A stretch of 61,729 nt of DNA from an uncultured Algimonas sp. (GCA_964610115.1 CAZSUW010000004.1:1-61729); one strand, 5' to 3'; shown: positions 49,706 through 60,617, numbered from the stretch's first letter. The notes: generated by a model not told the origin, from the letters alone. Program-made: numbers and translations.

Positions 49706-51111
49706 TGTGTTGGCTCAGTCACGTCTGTTGTCTGCGGGCGCGCGCCCGTAACACCATGCTCCGTCTTATGCCAGTAATAGGGTCGGGTGCGAAGCTCCCA
49801 CAAGGCCCAGATAAAGGGCGGAAACAACAGCAACCAATAGATCGGCATCCCAATGACAGATAACCAAAGGCGGCGTCGTTTCATCCGCGCTGCGCCAAGC
49901 GCCCCGACGACCATGCCGCAAGCAAGACTGAAACCAAGCGCATAAAGATAAATCGGGTCAACGCCCTCGCTAACGACCCCGAGAGCATAAGCCAGAGTCC
50001 ACAGTAGCAGCCCCATCATAACGGGTGCGTAAAAAGCAATGGACAACAGCGATAAGCCAAGCGTCACTTGCAACATGACGGCTCGTCGCCATCCACCGGC
50101 GAAAGGCGTTTGCATATGCACTTGCCAGGTCTGGATATACCCTTTGATCCAACGCGATCGTTGTCGGAACCAGGGCCCCAACCGGTGGCAGGCTTCTTCC
50201 TGTGTTGGGGGTTTGATCCACCCAATATGCCCCTCACGGGCCACAAGACGAAAAGCAAGATCGGCGTCTTCGGTCACATTATAAGGGTCCCATCCCCCGA
50301 CTGTCTCCAAAGCGGAACGGCGAATATGATTAGAGGTTCCGCCCAGCGGGAAGGGAAGGTTCAAACGGTTAAAGGCCGGTATCAGCACATGGAACAAACT
50401 GGCATATTCGAGTGCGAACTGCCGGGCGAGCCAGCCATCAGACAGATTGAAATAGTCGAGCGGGGCTTGGAGGGCGACCCAATCCGGCTTGGCAGAAAAA
50501 GCGCATGCGGCCGCTTTTAACTGTCCGGGGTCAGGACGGTCCTCAGCATCATAAATCGTCACAAGCTCTCCACGGCTCCGCGCAAGCGCATAGTTTAAAG
50601 CGCGTGGTTTCGTTTGAGGCTCTCCACCGGGCAGTACAGGCGGAACGATAAGCGTTCGGAACGGCGCTGTGGAATAAGCCCGCGCGTTAGCACTTGTCTC
50701 TATATCTAACGCTTCACAGGCGAAAATAATGTCCAACCGATCTTTCGGATAATCCAATTTCGACATGGCTTCTACAAGGTGCGGGACCATATGGGCTTCG
50801 CGAAAGAGGGGGATGATGATTGTGTAGGTGGGCCAATCGAGAGGCTGGTTCGTCGGCTTGGCTCTAGGTTGACGCAACAAACAAAGTGACAGACGCCAAA
50901 GACCGAACACAACACTGATAAGGCACATGGCGACGGTCAGACGCCATAAGCCCGCGCCAATGTTTACGTCGGTCATGACTTCCACGCCGAGGCCAACAGC
51001 TAATACGCTTGCCCCACTTCCCGCCATTAACGCCCCTTTTGGGCGCAACATATTGGCGCGTCCAATGTGCAGGGGGTTAGCATCCGGTTTCGATCCGGAA
51101 GTTTGTCTCAT
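49678..51111 (-). CDS. Membrane glycosyltransferase family 2 (processive-type motifs)
   Basis: TKPRALN, YDAED, TEDADL and RQRSRW; transmembrane segments at both ends. Confidence 0.9.
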   Translation of the reverse strand: MRQTSGSKPDANPLHIGRANMLRPKGALMAGSGASVLAVGLGVEVMTDVNIGAGLWRLTVAMCLISVVFGLWRLSLCLLRQPRAKPTNQPLDWPTYTIIIPLFREAHMVPHLVEAMSKLDYPKDRLDIIFACEALDIETSANARAYSTAPFRTLIVPPVLPGGEPQTKPRALNYALARSRGELVTIYDAEDRPDPGQLKAAACAFSAKPDWVALQAPLDYFNLSDGWLARQFALEYASLFHVLIPAFNRLNLPFPLGGTSNHIRRSALETVGGWDPYNVTEDADLAFRLVAREGHIGWIKPPTQEEACHRLGPWFRQRSRWIKGYIQTWQVHMQTPFAGGWRRAVMLQVTLGLSLLSIAFYAPVMMGLLLWTLAYALGVVSEGVDPIYLYALGFSLACGMVVGALGAARMKRRRLWLSVIGMPIYWLLLFPPFIWALWELRTRPYYWHKTEHGVTGARPQTTDVTEPTQWTPKPTSS

Positions 51112-51275
51112 CCTGGGCGTAGTAAAGCGGGTTTACTCGCCGCCTGCAAGAACGAACCGTTACCGAAACGTAATTAAATGGCGATATGGTCGCCGTGAAA
51201 GCGCATTTCGTCACGCTAACGAGATTTTCACCCTGTGCTGATAAGCGCCTTGTGAAAAGTAATAAGAGAGACTGA

Positions 51276-52148
51276 GTGGTGGCCTTTCAGACACAAGCGA
51301 AACAAGTCGACGCCTTTATTCCGGCGCAACCCCGCGGGGCTGAACGCCGCGGTGATGCCCGGGACGGCCTGATTGACTGGCGCGTTAATCCGCGAACTTA
51401 CGGTTTCATCGGGGCGATTTTTGATCCTTTGTCGCCTGTGCAAACTTTAGCGCGGGCGAAGTGGATGACAACCAATCATGGCTTTCGCTATCTGGTGACG
51501 CCCAATGTCGATCATCTTGTTCGATTGAACAAAGAACCCGATCTCTATCGTCCCCTATATGACGCCAGTTGGCTGTCTGTTTGTGATTCCCGTATTTTGG
51601 AACTGCTCGCCAATCTCTCCGGCCTGCCGCTCAAGGCCGTACCGGGATCGGATTTATCTCAACAGCTCTTTGACAATGTGATTACGGCGGACGATCCGAT
51701 CACCGTCATTGGCGCAGATGAGGAGATCGTGCAGCGCGTTGCGACGCGCTATGGCCTAACGAAAATCCACCATCACATGCCGCCCATGGGTTTGCGAAAC
51801 AAGCCAGAGGCCATCGCAGAGTGTGCGCAGTTCGTGGCCGATCATCCGGCGCGTTACATTTTTATCTGCGTGGGGTCTCCGCAGCAGGAAATGGTCGCAA
51901 AGGCTTGTCTGGATCGTGGAGATTGTGTGGGCCTTGGACTGTGTGTCGGAGCGTCGCTGGATTTCATTGGCGGGCGCGTCCTGCGGGCGCCGAAATGGAT
52001 GCAGCAGTCCCGGCTGGAATGGCTCTATCGTTTGATCTCTGAACCCAAGCGTCTGTGGAAACGATACCTTATCGAAGGACCAAAGATTTTCTGGCTTTGG
52101 GCGAAATGGTCACTCACGACCAAGGATGCCAAGAAAGGCATCCGCTAA
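51276..52148 (+). CDS. WecB/TagA/CpsF-family glycosyltransferase (HfsJ-like)
   Basis: VTPNVDH, PGSDL, VGSPQQE and RAPKWMQQSRLEWLYRLISEPKRLWKRY. Confidence 0.92.
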   Translation: MVAFQTQAKQVDAFIPAQPRGAERRGDARDGLIDWRVNPRTYGFIGAIFDPLSPVQTLARAKWMTTNHGFRYLVTPNVDHLVRLNKEPDLYRPLYDASWLSVCDSRILELLANLSGLPLKAVPGSDLSQQLFDNVITADDPITVIGADEEIVQRVATRYGLTKIHHHMPPMGLRNKPEAIAECAQFVADHPARYIFICVGSPQQEMVAKACLDRGDCVGLGLCVGASLDFIGGRVLRAPKWMQQSRLEWLYRLISEPKRLWKRYLIEGPKIFWLWAKWSLTTKDAKKGIR

Positions 52149-53168
52149 TCCTTCATAGCCGCCCCGCGCGTCGCGCATTTCAAGCGATAGCGGCAGGCTC
52201 GCCAATTTTGGCACAGCTAACTCCAACTCGCCCTCGCCGAACAGGTGGTGGACGGTGCCGCAGTCTGAACAGGTAAAGGTCGCCATATTTTCGACCCAGC
52301 CGAGGACACGAATGTCGACGGCTTCGAACATGGCGACGCCTTTACGCGCATCTATCAGCGACAGGTCTTGCGGCGTGGTGACGATCACTGCCCCATAGGG
52401 CTGAATATCTTGGGCCAAGCCAAGTTGTGGGTCGCCCGTGCCCGGTGGCATGTCGATAAGCAGCACATCCAGCGCGCCCCAATCGGTATCCCACAACATG
52501 CGTGACATCGCGCCTTGGACCATGGGACCGCGCCAGACGATAGGATCATCATTGCCCGTCAGCAGCCCGATGGACAGCGCCTTGACCCCGTCCACTTCGC
52601 CCGGAATGATTAGGCGGCGGCCTTTAACGTCCCGCGTGCCGCGCTGCCCGGACAGACCCAGCAATGTGGGAACGCTCGGTCCGTGAACATCCGCGTCTAA
52701 TACGCCCACCGACAGACCTTTTGCCGCCAATGCGCGCGCTAGCCCGATCGTCACGGTTGATTTTCCAACCCCGCCTTTGGCCGAAGCGATGGCGATCACG
52801 CGCTTGACCTGTGCATCGCCTTGATAACCGTCTGGGCGTCGATTGGGATGGGGATTGCGACCCGCTTTAATATTGGCCCCACGTGCGGGTTTAGCCGACC
52901 GAAGACTAGGTCCCGCTTTATGCGTTGTGAGCATAACGGCCAGCGCGTCTATCCCCGGTAAGCCCTGCAAGGCGGCCTCAGTGGTTTGCTGCAAGGTAAG
53001 CCCTTGGGCTTGGGTCGTTTCAGGCGGGACGGCAAGGATGATGCGTAATCGTCGGTCCGTATAAGTGAGGTCTGCCAGCCGTCCTGCGCTCACAATATCG
53101 CGCTCTGTAAGAGGGTCCGAAACTGTGGCAAGCGCCTTTAAAACGGCGGCTTCAGAATAGTCGCTCAT
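52110..53168 (-). CDS. mrp: Mrp/NBP35 (ApbC) Fe-S carrier ATPase
   Basis: SAKGGVGKST, DADVHGPS, WRGPMV, DMPPGTGD and ENMATFTCSDC. Confidence 0.9.
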   Translation of the reverse strand: MSDYSEAAVLKALATVSDPLTERDIVSAGRLADLTYTDRRLRIILAVPPETTQAQGLTLQQTTEAALQGLPGIDALAVMLTTHKAGPSLRSAKPARGANIKAGRNPHPNRRPDGYQGDAQVKRVIAIASAKGGVGKSTVTIGLARALAAKGLSVGVLDADVHGPSVPTLLGLSGQRGTRDVKGRRLIIPGEVDGVKALSIGLLTGNDDPIVWRGPMVQGAMSRMLWDTDWGALDVLLIDMPPGTGDPQLGLAQDIQPYGAVIVTTPQDLSLIDARKGVAMFEAVDIRVLGWVENMATFTCSDCGTVHHLFGEGELELAVPKLASLPLSLEMRDARGGYEGLADAFLGILGRE

Positions 53169-55042
53169 TGCGCCCCACTGATTGGCATAGGCATAGGGGC
53201 CGCAGGGGGTGCGCCCCCGGCCAATGTCTCTTGCAAACAGCCTCGCGATAACGATCCATCAGGCGAGAGAACCAAAGGCGGATGGTGGTTTGTCCATGTC
53301 GCGGGCGGAGCGTCAGCATTGTGAAAATGCAGAAGCAGGCTATTATTGCCCAACCGAAAGACACGTTGCACCGCATCGGGCAGGTCTCGAACTTTTTGGG
53401 GGTTCATCGTTCCATCGGGCGGCATTTCCCAGACCGCACCGTTCCTAAATGGTGAATGAGAAAATCCCGTGAAAATGAAAAGCGTCTCTGGTTGCCGAGC
53501 TAAAGGCACGGGAATTGTCGGCGTGATCAGCTGAACGTTCTGATCTAACAGGACTATTTGTTCACCTGTCCGGTAGTCTTTTGCCATTAAAGCGCCGCCC
53601 CATTTCTTCGCGTCAAATCCGAAAAGCCAGCGCGAAGCCGTCGGAAAACTGGAAGAGAGGATCGGCAATCCCAGTCTTGCTCGCAAAGACCTCGGCATTA
53701 GCCCTGGCATGGCGTCTATTGGCGGTACTTGGCTGTTATTGGCTTTGAAATCGATGGATTGCCCGCGCGAGCAATAGAGAGCTTGAGATCGGCTCGCGCG
53801 CAAACCGCCATCCTCGGCGCCTGTAACAAACGCGGTCGCCTGCATATTAACGGGCGCGCCACGCAAGGACTTATCAGCGTAGAAGCGCGCCGCATCCCAA
53901 GGATGATTTTCCGCCAGAGCGCGCAGTTCAGCTTGGAAGAGGTCTATCTCTTCAAGGTGCATGACTCGCAACGCGGTCAGCACGCTTCGTGACGTGTAGG
54001 GCCTTGATAGCGTAGAGCGTAAAACGGACTGCCGATAGCGATCGTTCAGATTGACGTCCTGCATAGCCTGTAGCACCGCTTTGCGAGCTTCGGATTTCTG
54101 CTCCGCCAAATGTGCCCAAGCCGGCAAGAGTTTGCGTCCATGACGGGTGAGATGGTCTTTCAAAACGGCGCGGTCCGGTGCCATGTCGAAAAGCCGAATC
54201 ATTTGATCCATGAAGCGATTATCAAGAGTCAGCGGAACGTCCCGGCCCCCAATTTCTAACGACACCAGTCGGGCCGCATCTTGCATCGCGTTGGGTAAGG
54301 CTGGGTCTATCGCCATTTGGTCCAGCGTTTCGGCATAAAAGCGATTGCCCGTGCGCCGCGCGCGACGGCCTAACATATCGGCGAGGGCGATCCCGTGATC
54401 CGTGTCTTTCGTCTGTTGCGCCTGATCCATTAGCGCCCGCAGGGCCATATCGGGCGAGAGTGAAAACAGCGCTTCATAGGCCTCGCCAATGATTTGCGTA
54501 TTGCGACTTGCCAAAGCTGCTTTCAGAGCGGTCTGCGTTGTCTGTGGCGGGTGTTGCAATGTCAGGCGAAGTAAAGGTTCGCTGGGCTGAAGGGTCATCA
54601 AGGACGCTAAGATGTCCGGGTCAAATGTCGGGAGCTGACCCGGCGCGACGTCGTTTAGATCAATCTGCGCGAGAAAGGCGGCAGCAGGGCCTTGTGTTTT
54701 TTGATTGGCGGCTAATTGCGCGAAAATATCCAGGGCGAGTGCGGGGCGCAATAAGGGGGCGAGCGTCATCAGGTGATCCGCTTCACCGTTCTGCGCCAAC
54801 CCTGTCAGGGCCGTCGCACTGTCTGGGCCCAGTCGCACAAACTCGTCAGCCAAAACCTGATAGTCAAAGGCATTAGGGGAATGCCGATCAAGAATATCGA
54901 CACACTGCTCGGCGGTAGCGCAAACGATGGCCTCGCTGGGGTGTAGCACAGGCGCAGCCTTGGCCGTCAGGGTCGTACCGAATAGCACAACAAGGCTTAT
55001 CCCAAAATGGCGGAGTATCATTAGCCGCTTACTTAACTTCAT
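53165..55042 (-). CDS. Large hypothetical secreted protein (start 55042 or 55021)
   Basis: Signal peptide ending AKA; Ala/Leu-rich helical body and beta-rich C-terminus; ATGA overlap with mrp. Confidence 0.7.
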   Translation of the reverse strand: MKLSKRLMILRHFGISLVVLFGTTLTAKAAPVLHPSEAIVCATAEQCVDILDRHSPNAFDYQVLADEFVRLGPDSATALTGLAQNGEADHLMTLAPLLRPALALDIFAQLAANQKTQGPAAAFLAQIDLNDVAPGQLPTFDPDILASLMTLQPSEPLLRLTLQHPPQTTQTALKAALASRNTQIIGEAYEALFSLSPDMALRALMDQAQQTKDTDHGIALADMLGRRARRTGNRFYAETLDQMAIDPALPNAMQDAARLVSLEIGGRDVPLTLDNRFMDQMIRLFDMAPDRAVLKDHLTRHGRKLLPAWAHLAEQKSEARKAVLQAMQDVNLNDRYRQSVLRSTLSRPYTSRSVLTALRVMHLEEIDLFQAELRALAENHPWDAARFYADKSLRGAPVNMQATAFVTGAEDGGLRASRSQALYCSRGQSIDFKANNSQVPPIDAMPGLMPRSLRARLGLPILSSSFPTASRWLFGFDAKKWGGALMAKDYRTGEQIVLLDQNVQLITPTIPVPLARQPETLFIFTGFSHSPFRNGAVWEMPPDGTMNPQKVRDLPDAVQRVFRLGNNSLLLHFHNADAPPATWTNHHPPLVLSPDGSLSRGCLQETLAGGAPPAAPMPMPISGAQ

Positions 55043-55247
55043 GGAGGGGCCACCACAACCAATGCTACCAGCAAAAACGAATGGGTCGTGTCGGTCAGGC
55101 TGACGGGTCACAAGACCCGTTGGCCCAGTCGCTCTCGCTGGCAGGGAAATAGCTGAAGAAGGTGAAAGAGCCCACTTGTCACCTTACAAACCCCCGATTA
55201 TAGGCACGGCCTTCGCGCCAGTTCTCTGGTCCGAATATCTGTGCGTG

Positions 55248-55322
55248 GGGCGATTAGCTCAGCGGGAGAGCACTACATTGACATTGTAGGGGTCACTGGT
55301 TCAATCCCAGTATCGCCCACCA
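55248..55322 (+). tRNA. tRNA-Val (GAC)
   Basis: GGGCGATTAGCTCAGCGGGAGAGC, CTACA TT GAC AT TGTAG, GGTTCAATCC and 3' ACCA. Confidence 0.97.
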
Positions 55323-55333
55323 CGGACTTCACT

Positions 55334-55801
55334 TTACAACGCCGGATACGACGATAAGGCCTCATCGATGAGACGGTTGAGCGCTGTGATATCAGTGCGT
55401 TTTAAAACGTCGTCTGGGTGTGCGCCGGAACTCTGCAATTCAGTTGAAATCCGATCATAAACGGCTTGGCCTGTTTCGGTCAGATAGAGGTGAGTGCGAC
55501 GCGCATCGGTTTCGGACGCTTGGCGGCGAAGGTGACCCCGCGCAACCAGCGCCGTAACCGCGCGCGATACAATGCCTTTATCCATAGGCGTCAACTCTAC
55601 AACCTCACTGGCTGTGCGCCCCTGACGGTCGGCAATGGCAACCAAGACTCGCCATTGTGAAAGGTTCAGCCCGCCCGCTTCTGTCGCAAGCTGTGACGTA
55701 TGCCGCGCAATCCGGTCAGCCAGCACAGCGACCTTATAAAGCCAGTTCTGCTCGAGCGGCGGTGTAGGGCGGGTCTCCGTCTTGTCTGGTGCTGGGTGCA
55801 T
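55334..55801 (-). CDS. MarR-family transcriptional regulator
   Basis: LNLSQWRVL, MDKGIVSRAV and DARRTHLYLTETG; divergent from hppD. Confidence 0.92.
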   Translation of the reverse strand: MHPAPDKTETRPTPPLEQNWLYKVAVLADRIARHTSQLATEAGGLNLSQWRVLVAIADRQGRTASEVVELTPMDKGIVSRAVTALVARGHLRRQASETDARRTHLYLTETGQAVYDRISTELQSSGAHPDDVLKRTDITALNRLIDEALSSYPAL

Positions 55802-55834
55802 GCGACGGTTCTGGCACAAAGGCACACAAAAAAC

Positions 55835-55852
55835 TAGTTGTAATCGCAACTA
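55835..55852. promoter_or_regulatory. Palindromic operator, probable MarR site
   Basis: TAGTTG-N6-CAACTA between the divergent marR and hppD genes. Confidence 0.65.
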
Positions 55853-55901
55853 AATAGAGGTAGGGGACCGCGACTTCCAGTGTAATCGAAAAGGCAGGGC
55901 T

Positions 55902-57014
55902 ATGGCTGATCTGTTTGACAATCCGGCGGGCTTGGACGGCTTTGAATTTGTCGAATTTTCCGCGCCGGAAAAAGGTATTTTGGAGCCCGTCTTTAAAACA
56001 ATGGGCTTTGTGCAAGTGGCCAAACATCGCTCAAAGGATGTGCAACTTTGGCGGCAAGGCGGGATCAATTTGATCACCAATTATGAGCCAAAGTCACCGG
56101 CCTTTTACTTTGCGCGTGAACATGGCCCTTCAGCGTGCGGGATGGGATTTCGCGTGCGCGACGCCAAGGCTACCTACACCCATTTGCTCGAAAAAGGCGC
56201 AGAGCCCGTCGATGTGAAGACCGGTCCGATGGAGCTCAACATTCCCGGGATTCGCGGGATTGGCAATTCGATCATCTATCTGGTCGATCGCTACGCCGAT
56301 GAAGGCGATGAGGGTCTGTCGATCTATGATATTGATTTTGACTATCTGCCCGGGGTTGAGACATTCCCCGAAGGCTGCGGGTTTCAGCGCATCGATCACT
56401 TGACGCATAATGTCTATGGCGGGCGCATGGCCTATTGGGCGCAGTTTTATGAAACGCTCTTCAATTTTCAGGAAATCCGCTATTTCGATATCAAAGGCGA
56501 ATATACGGGCTTGACGTCCAAAGCGCTCACCGCCCCTGACGGGAAAATCCGTATTCCGCTCAATGAAGAAGGCGAAAACGGCAAAGGCCAGATCGAAGAA
56601 TTTTTGCGCGAATATAATGGCGAAGGCATTCAGCACATTGCGTTGATCTGTGATGATATTGTGGCGGCCTGGGATAAGCTGAAAGATCTCGGTGTACCGT
56701 TTATGACGGCCCCGCCAGAGACTTATTATGCCATGTTAGAAGAGCGTCTGCCCGGCCATGGCCGTGACGTTGAGGCGCTGCAAAGTCGCGGCATTTTGCT
56801 GGACGGTACAACGGAAGGCGGCACGCCGCGCTTGTTGTTGCAGATCTTTGCTGAACCCCGTGTCGGTCCGGTCTTCTTTGAATTCATTCAACGCGTCGGA
56901 GATTATGAAGACGGTTTTGGCGAAGGCAATTTCAAAGCCCTGTTTGAGAGCATTGAGCGCGACCAAATCGAACGCGGCGTGCTGGATGTCGAAAGAGCGG
57001 TTGAGGAGGCGTAA
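55902..57014 (+). CDS. hppD: 4-hydroxyphenylpyruvate dioxygenase
   Basis: [24 protein letters not shown] and [15 protein letters not shown]. Confidence 0.97.
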   Translation: MADLFDNPAGLDGFEFVEFSAPEKGILEPVFKTMGFVQVAKHRSKDVQLWRQGGINLITNYEPKSPAFYFAREHGPSACGMGFRVRDAKATYTHLLEKGAEPVDVKTGPMELNIPGIRGIGNSIIYLVDRYADEGDEGLSIYDIDFDYLPGVETFPEGCGFQRIDHLTHNVYGGRMAYWAQFYETLFNFQEIRYFDIKGEYTGLTSKALTAPDGKIRIPLNEEGENGKGQIEEFLREYNGEGIQHIALICDDIVAAWDKLKDLGVPFMTAPPETYYAMLEERLPGHGRDVEALQSRGILLDGTTEGGTPRLLLQIFAEPRVGPVFFEFIQRVGDYEDGFGEGNFKALFESIERDQIERGVLDVERAVEEA

Positions 57015-57586
57015 TGACAACCCCAACCTTAAACGGCGTCCACCACGTCGCCTATCGCTGCCGTGACGCGCGTGAAACGGTCGACTTCTACGAAGCCGCG
57101 CTCGGTATGGAATTTTCCAAGGCCTTCGCCGAAGATCATGTGCCGTCCACCGGCGCTTACGATCCTTACATGCATGTCTTCCTAGAGGCTGGGAACGGCA
57201 ATGTGCTGGCCTTTTTTGAACTGCCCGAACAACCCGATATGGGCCGGGATCAGAACACACCGGAATGGGTGCAGCATCTGGCGTTTAAGGTCAGTAGCGA
57301 AGAGGAATTGGTCGCGGCAAAAGCGCACCTCGAAGCAATGGGGCTCGACGTCCTCGGCCCGACCCATCACGGGATTTTCAAGTCGATCTATTTCTTTGAC
57401 CCGAACGGCCACCGTGTCGAACTCGCCGCAGACATTGGCACGCCGGAACAATATGCCGAGCTCAAGCGCGTCTCCCGCGCCATGTTGGACGAATGGAGCG
57501 AGACGAAAAAAGCGCCACGCCACGCCGCATGGCTGCACGAAATCGCCAATGCGGAAAACGCCAAGAAGCGGACCGAAGAGGCGTGA
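57014..57586 (+). CDS. VOC (glyoxalase/extradiol dioxygenase) family protein
   Basis: GVHHVAY, LAFFE, QHLAF and HHGIFKSIYFFDPNGHRVE. Confidence 0.9.
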   Translation: MTTPTLNGVHHVAYRCRDARETVDFYEAALGMEFSKAFAEDHVPSTGAYDPYMHVFLEAGNGNVLAFFELPEQPDMGRDQNTPEWVQHLAFKVSSEEELVAAKAHLEAMGLDVLGPTHHGIFKSIYFFDPNGHRVELAADIGTPEQYAELKRVSRAMLDEWSETKKAPRHAAWLHEIANAENAKKRTEEA

Positions 57587-58233
57587 AACGCTCTTTGACC
57601 CTTTGGGGCTATTGGCGTTCCTCCACCAGCTACCGCCTGCGCATCGCGTTGAACCTAAAGGGCGTGGACTACAGCTATGTTCCTGTCAATTTGCTGGCCG
57701 GCGAACATAAAGGCGAGGCTTATCGCGCCATCAACCCGCATGGCACAGTCCCGTGCCTCGATACGGGACCCCACCAAATTACCCAGTCCTTGGCGGCCAT
57801 AGAGTGGCTGGAACGCACCTATCCTAACCCGTCTTTTTTGCCGGAGGATGGGACGGCGGCACTGCTCTGTCGCGATCTTTATTTCGCCATCGCGACCGAA
57901 CTTCATGCGCCGAATAATATGCCGGTGCAAAACTATTTGCGCCGTGAATTTGGCGCACACCAAGCGACTGTTGAAGCGTGGCAAGAAACATGGATCCATA
58001 AAACCTTCACGCCGATCGAAGCGAGACTAGCCGCGCATAAATGGGCGGGTGATTTACCTTTCGGCCCGCCGAGCCTGTTCGAGATCGTCCTCCTGCCCCG
58101 GCTCTATAATGCGCGGCGCTGGCATACGGATTTGGATCCGTTCCCACTCATCCGGCAGATCGAAACGCACTGCCTGACGTTGGATCCGTTTCAGCGCGCT
58201 TATCCAGACACTCAAATAGACGCGACCGTCTGA
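57583..58233 (+). CDS. maiA: Maleylacetoacetate isomerase (zeta-class GST)
   Basis: YWRSSTSYRLRIALNLKG and TQSLAAIEWLE; GTGA overlap with the VOC gene. Confidence 0.9.
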   Translation: MKRSLTLWGYWRSSTSYRLRIALNLKGVDYSYVPVNLLAGEHKGEAYRAINPHGTVPCLDTGPHQITQSLAAIEWLERTYPNPSFLPEDGTAALLCRDLYFAIATELHAPNNMPVQNYLRREFGAHQATVEAWQETWIHKTFTPIEARLAAHKWAGDLPFGPPSLFEIVLLPRLYNARRWHTDLDPFPLIRQIETHCLTLDPFQRAYPDTQIDATV

Positions 58234-58242
58234 GGAGACCTT

Positions 58243-59253
58243 ATGAAACTCGCTACCTTGAAAAACGGCTCGCGTGATGGTCGTCTGGTCGTCGTCAAAC
58301 CCGACCTGTCTGTCTATGCGGATGCGACCGACATTGCCCCAACTTTGCAAGCCGCGCTCGATGATTGGGCGACTATCGCGCCAAAGCTGAAAGCGCGCTG
58401 CGATGCGCTGTGTGGCGGCGATGTCGACACCCAACCCTTTGACGAAACGGCGTGTGAAAGCCCGCTACCGCGCGCGTATCAATGGGCGGACGGCTCGGCC
58501 TATATCAATCATGTGGAACTGGTGCGAAAAGCGCGCGGCGCTGAAGTGCCGGAAAGTTTCTACGACGACCCGCTTATGTATCAGGGTGTCAGCGGCCCGA
58601 ACCTCGCGCCCCGTGATCCGATCCCCTTCGTCGATCCGGCCTGGGGCTATGATATGGAAGCCGAAATTTGTGTGATCACGGATGATGTGCCCATGGGCGT
58701 GAGCGAAGCGGAAGCGCTGGGTCACATCAAGCTGATCCTGCTGTGCAATGACGTGTCCTTACGGGGATTAATTCCTGCTGAATTGGCGAAGGGCTTTGGC
58801 TTCTTACAGTCCAAGCCGCCCGTTTCATTCAGCCCCGTGGCCATCACCCCAGATGAATTGGGTGATCACTGGAAAGATGGCCTCGTCCACCATGCGCTGC
58901 ATGTCGATTATAATGGCGAAGCTTTTGGCCGCGCATTGGCGCACAAAGACGCCACCTTTAGCCTCGCGCGGCTTGTGGCCCACGCCGCCAAAACGCGCGA
59001 TTTGATCGCAGGCACGATTATAGGCTCCGGGACTGTGTCCAACAAAGGCGCGGATGGCGGCCCCGGCAAACCTGTGAGCGAAGGCGGCCTCGGCTATAGC
59101 TGCATTGCCGAAATCCGCATGATCGAAAAAATCGCGACCGGCGAATTCAAGACGCCCTTTATGAAAGACAGCGATGTGGTGAGGATCGAGATGCTGGACG
59201 ACAGTGGTGGCTCCATTTTCGGCGCGATCGAGAACCATGTGAAAGCGGTCTAA
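58243..59253 (+). CDS. Fumarylacetoacetate hydrolase family protein
   Basis: [25 protein letters not shown] and IIGSGTVSN. Confidence 0.92.
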   Translation: MKLATLKNGSRDGRLVVVKPDLSVYADATDIAPTLQAALDDWATIAPKLKARCDALCGGDVDTQPFDETACESPLPRAYQWADGSAYINHVELVRKARGAEVPESFYDDPLMYQGVSGPNLAPRDPIPFVDPAWGYDMEAEICVITDDVPMGVSEAEALGHIKLILLCNDVSLRGLIPAELAKGFGFLQSKPPVSFSPVAITPDELGDHWKDGLVHHALHVDYNGEAFGRALAHKDATFSLARLVAHAAKTRDLIAGTIIGSGTVSNKGADGGPGKPVSEGGLGYSCIAEIRMIEKIATGEFKTPFMKDSDVVRIEMLDDSGGSIFGAIENHVKAV

Positions 59254-59254
59254 G

Positions 59255-59968
59255 GTGAGGAATAAAGTCTACCCCAATGCCGATGCCGCCCTAGACGGCG
59301 TGCTGTTTGACGGCATGAGCATTGCGGCGGGCGGCTTTGGCCTTTGTGGTATTCCGGAGCTGTCGATCGCAGCGATCCGCGACGCGGGCACCAAAGACCT
59401 GACCGTCTATTCCAACAATGCAGGGGTGGATGACTTTGGTTTGGGGCTGCTTTTACAAACGCGCCAGATCAAGAAAATGGCGAGCTCTTACGTGGGCGAA
59501 AATGCCGAATTCATGCGCCAATATTTATCCGGCGAGTTAGAGCTGGAGTTTAATCCCCAAGGCACGCTGGCCGAACGCATGCGCGCAGGCGGGGCGGGCA
59601 TTCCGGGCTTTTATACCAAAACAGGCGTCGGCACGGTCATTGCCGAGGGGAAGGAAACCAAAACCTTCCACGGCGAAGACTACATCCTAGAGCGCGGCAT
59701 TGTTGCCGACCTCGCTATCGTCAAAGCGTGGAAGGCCGATACGACAGGCAATGCGATTTTTCGAAAAACCGCGCGCAACTTCAACCTGCCCGCCGCGACC
59801 TGCGGCAAAGTCTGTGTCATGGAAGTCGAAGAGATCGTGGAGCCGGGCGCGCTCGATCCTGATCACATTCACCTGCCGGGCATTTATGTACACCGCCTGA
59901 TCCAAGGCGCGCATGAAAAGTGGATTGAGCAGCGCACGGTTCGGGCTGTTAATGGGCGGGAGGCTTAG
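59255..59968 (+). CDS. scoA: Succinyl-CoA:3-oxoacid CoA-transferase subunit A
   Basis: [16 protein letters not shown] and PQGTLAER. Confidence 0.92.
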   Translation: MRNKVYPNADAALDGVLFDGMSIAAGGFGLCGIPELSIAAIRDAGTKDLTVYSNNAGVDDFGLGLLLQTRQIKKMASSYVGENAEFMRQYLSGELELEFNPQGTLAERMRAGGAGIPGFYTKTGVGTVIAEGKETKTFHGEDYILERGIVADLAIVKAWKADTTGNAIFRKTARNFNLPAATCGKVCVMEVEEIVEPGALDPDHIHLPGIYVHRLIQGAHEKWIEQRTVRAVNGREA

Positions 59969-59970
59969 AC

Positions 59971-60615
59971 ATGTCCGACGTGAAAACAGGCTGGGCCCGC
60001 GATGAAATGGCCGCCCGCGCGGCGCAGGAGCTGGAAGACGGCATGTATGTCAATCTGGGGATTGGCATTCCGACGCTGGTGGCCAACCATATTCCGGATG
60101 GGGTGAGCGTTACGCTGCAATCGGAGAACGGCATGCTCGGCATGGGGCCATTTCCGGTCGCGGGCGAAGAAGACGCGGATCTGATCAATGCGGGCAAGCA
60201 GACCATTACGGCTCTGCCGCATACGGCGTTTTTCGATAGCGCGACCAGCTTTGGCATGATCCGCGGCGGCAAGATCGCTATGGCGATTTTGGGCGCGATG
60301 GAAGTGGCCGAAAATGGCGATCTGGCGAATTGGATGATACCGGGCAAGCTGGTCAAAGGCATGGGCGGAGCGATGGACCTCGTCGCGGGAGTCGGGCGTG
60401 TCGTCGTGATAACGGATCACACCAATAAGCGCGGCGAACCGAAATTGCTCAAACGCTGCACCTTGCCGCTAACGGGTCAAAATTGTGTTGATCGCATTAT
60501 CACAAATCTGGGCGTCTTTGATGTTGTAGAGGGCGGGTTGCGGCTTGTCGAAAACGCACCTGGCGTGTCCCAAGATGAGATTGCAGCAAAGACGGATGCG
60601 ACACTTCTCTTTTAA
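59971..60615 (+). CDS. scoB: Succinyl-CoA:3-oxoacid CoA-transferase subunit B
   Basis: [15 protein letters not shown] and [10 protein letters not shown]. Confidence 0.92.
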   Translation: MSDVKTGWARDEMAARAAQELEDGMYVNLGIGIPTLVANHIPDGVSVTLQSENGMLGMGPFPVAGEEDADLINAGKQTITALPHTAFFDSATSFGMIRGGKIAMAILGAMEVAENGDLANWMIPGKLVKGMGGAMDLVAGVGRVVVITDHTNKRGEPKLLKRCTLPLTGQNCVDRIITNLGVFDVVEGGLRLVENAPGVSQDEIAAKTDATLLF

Positions 60616-60617
60616 AG

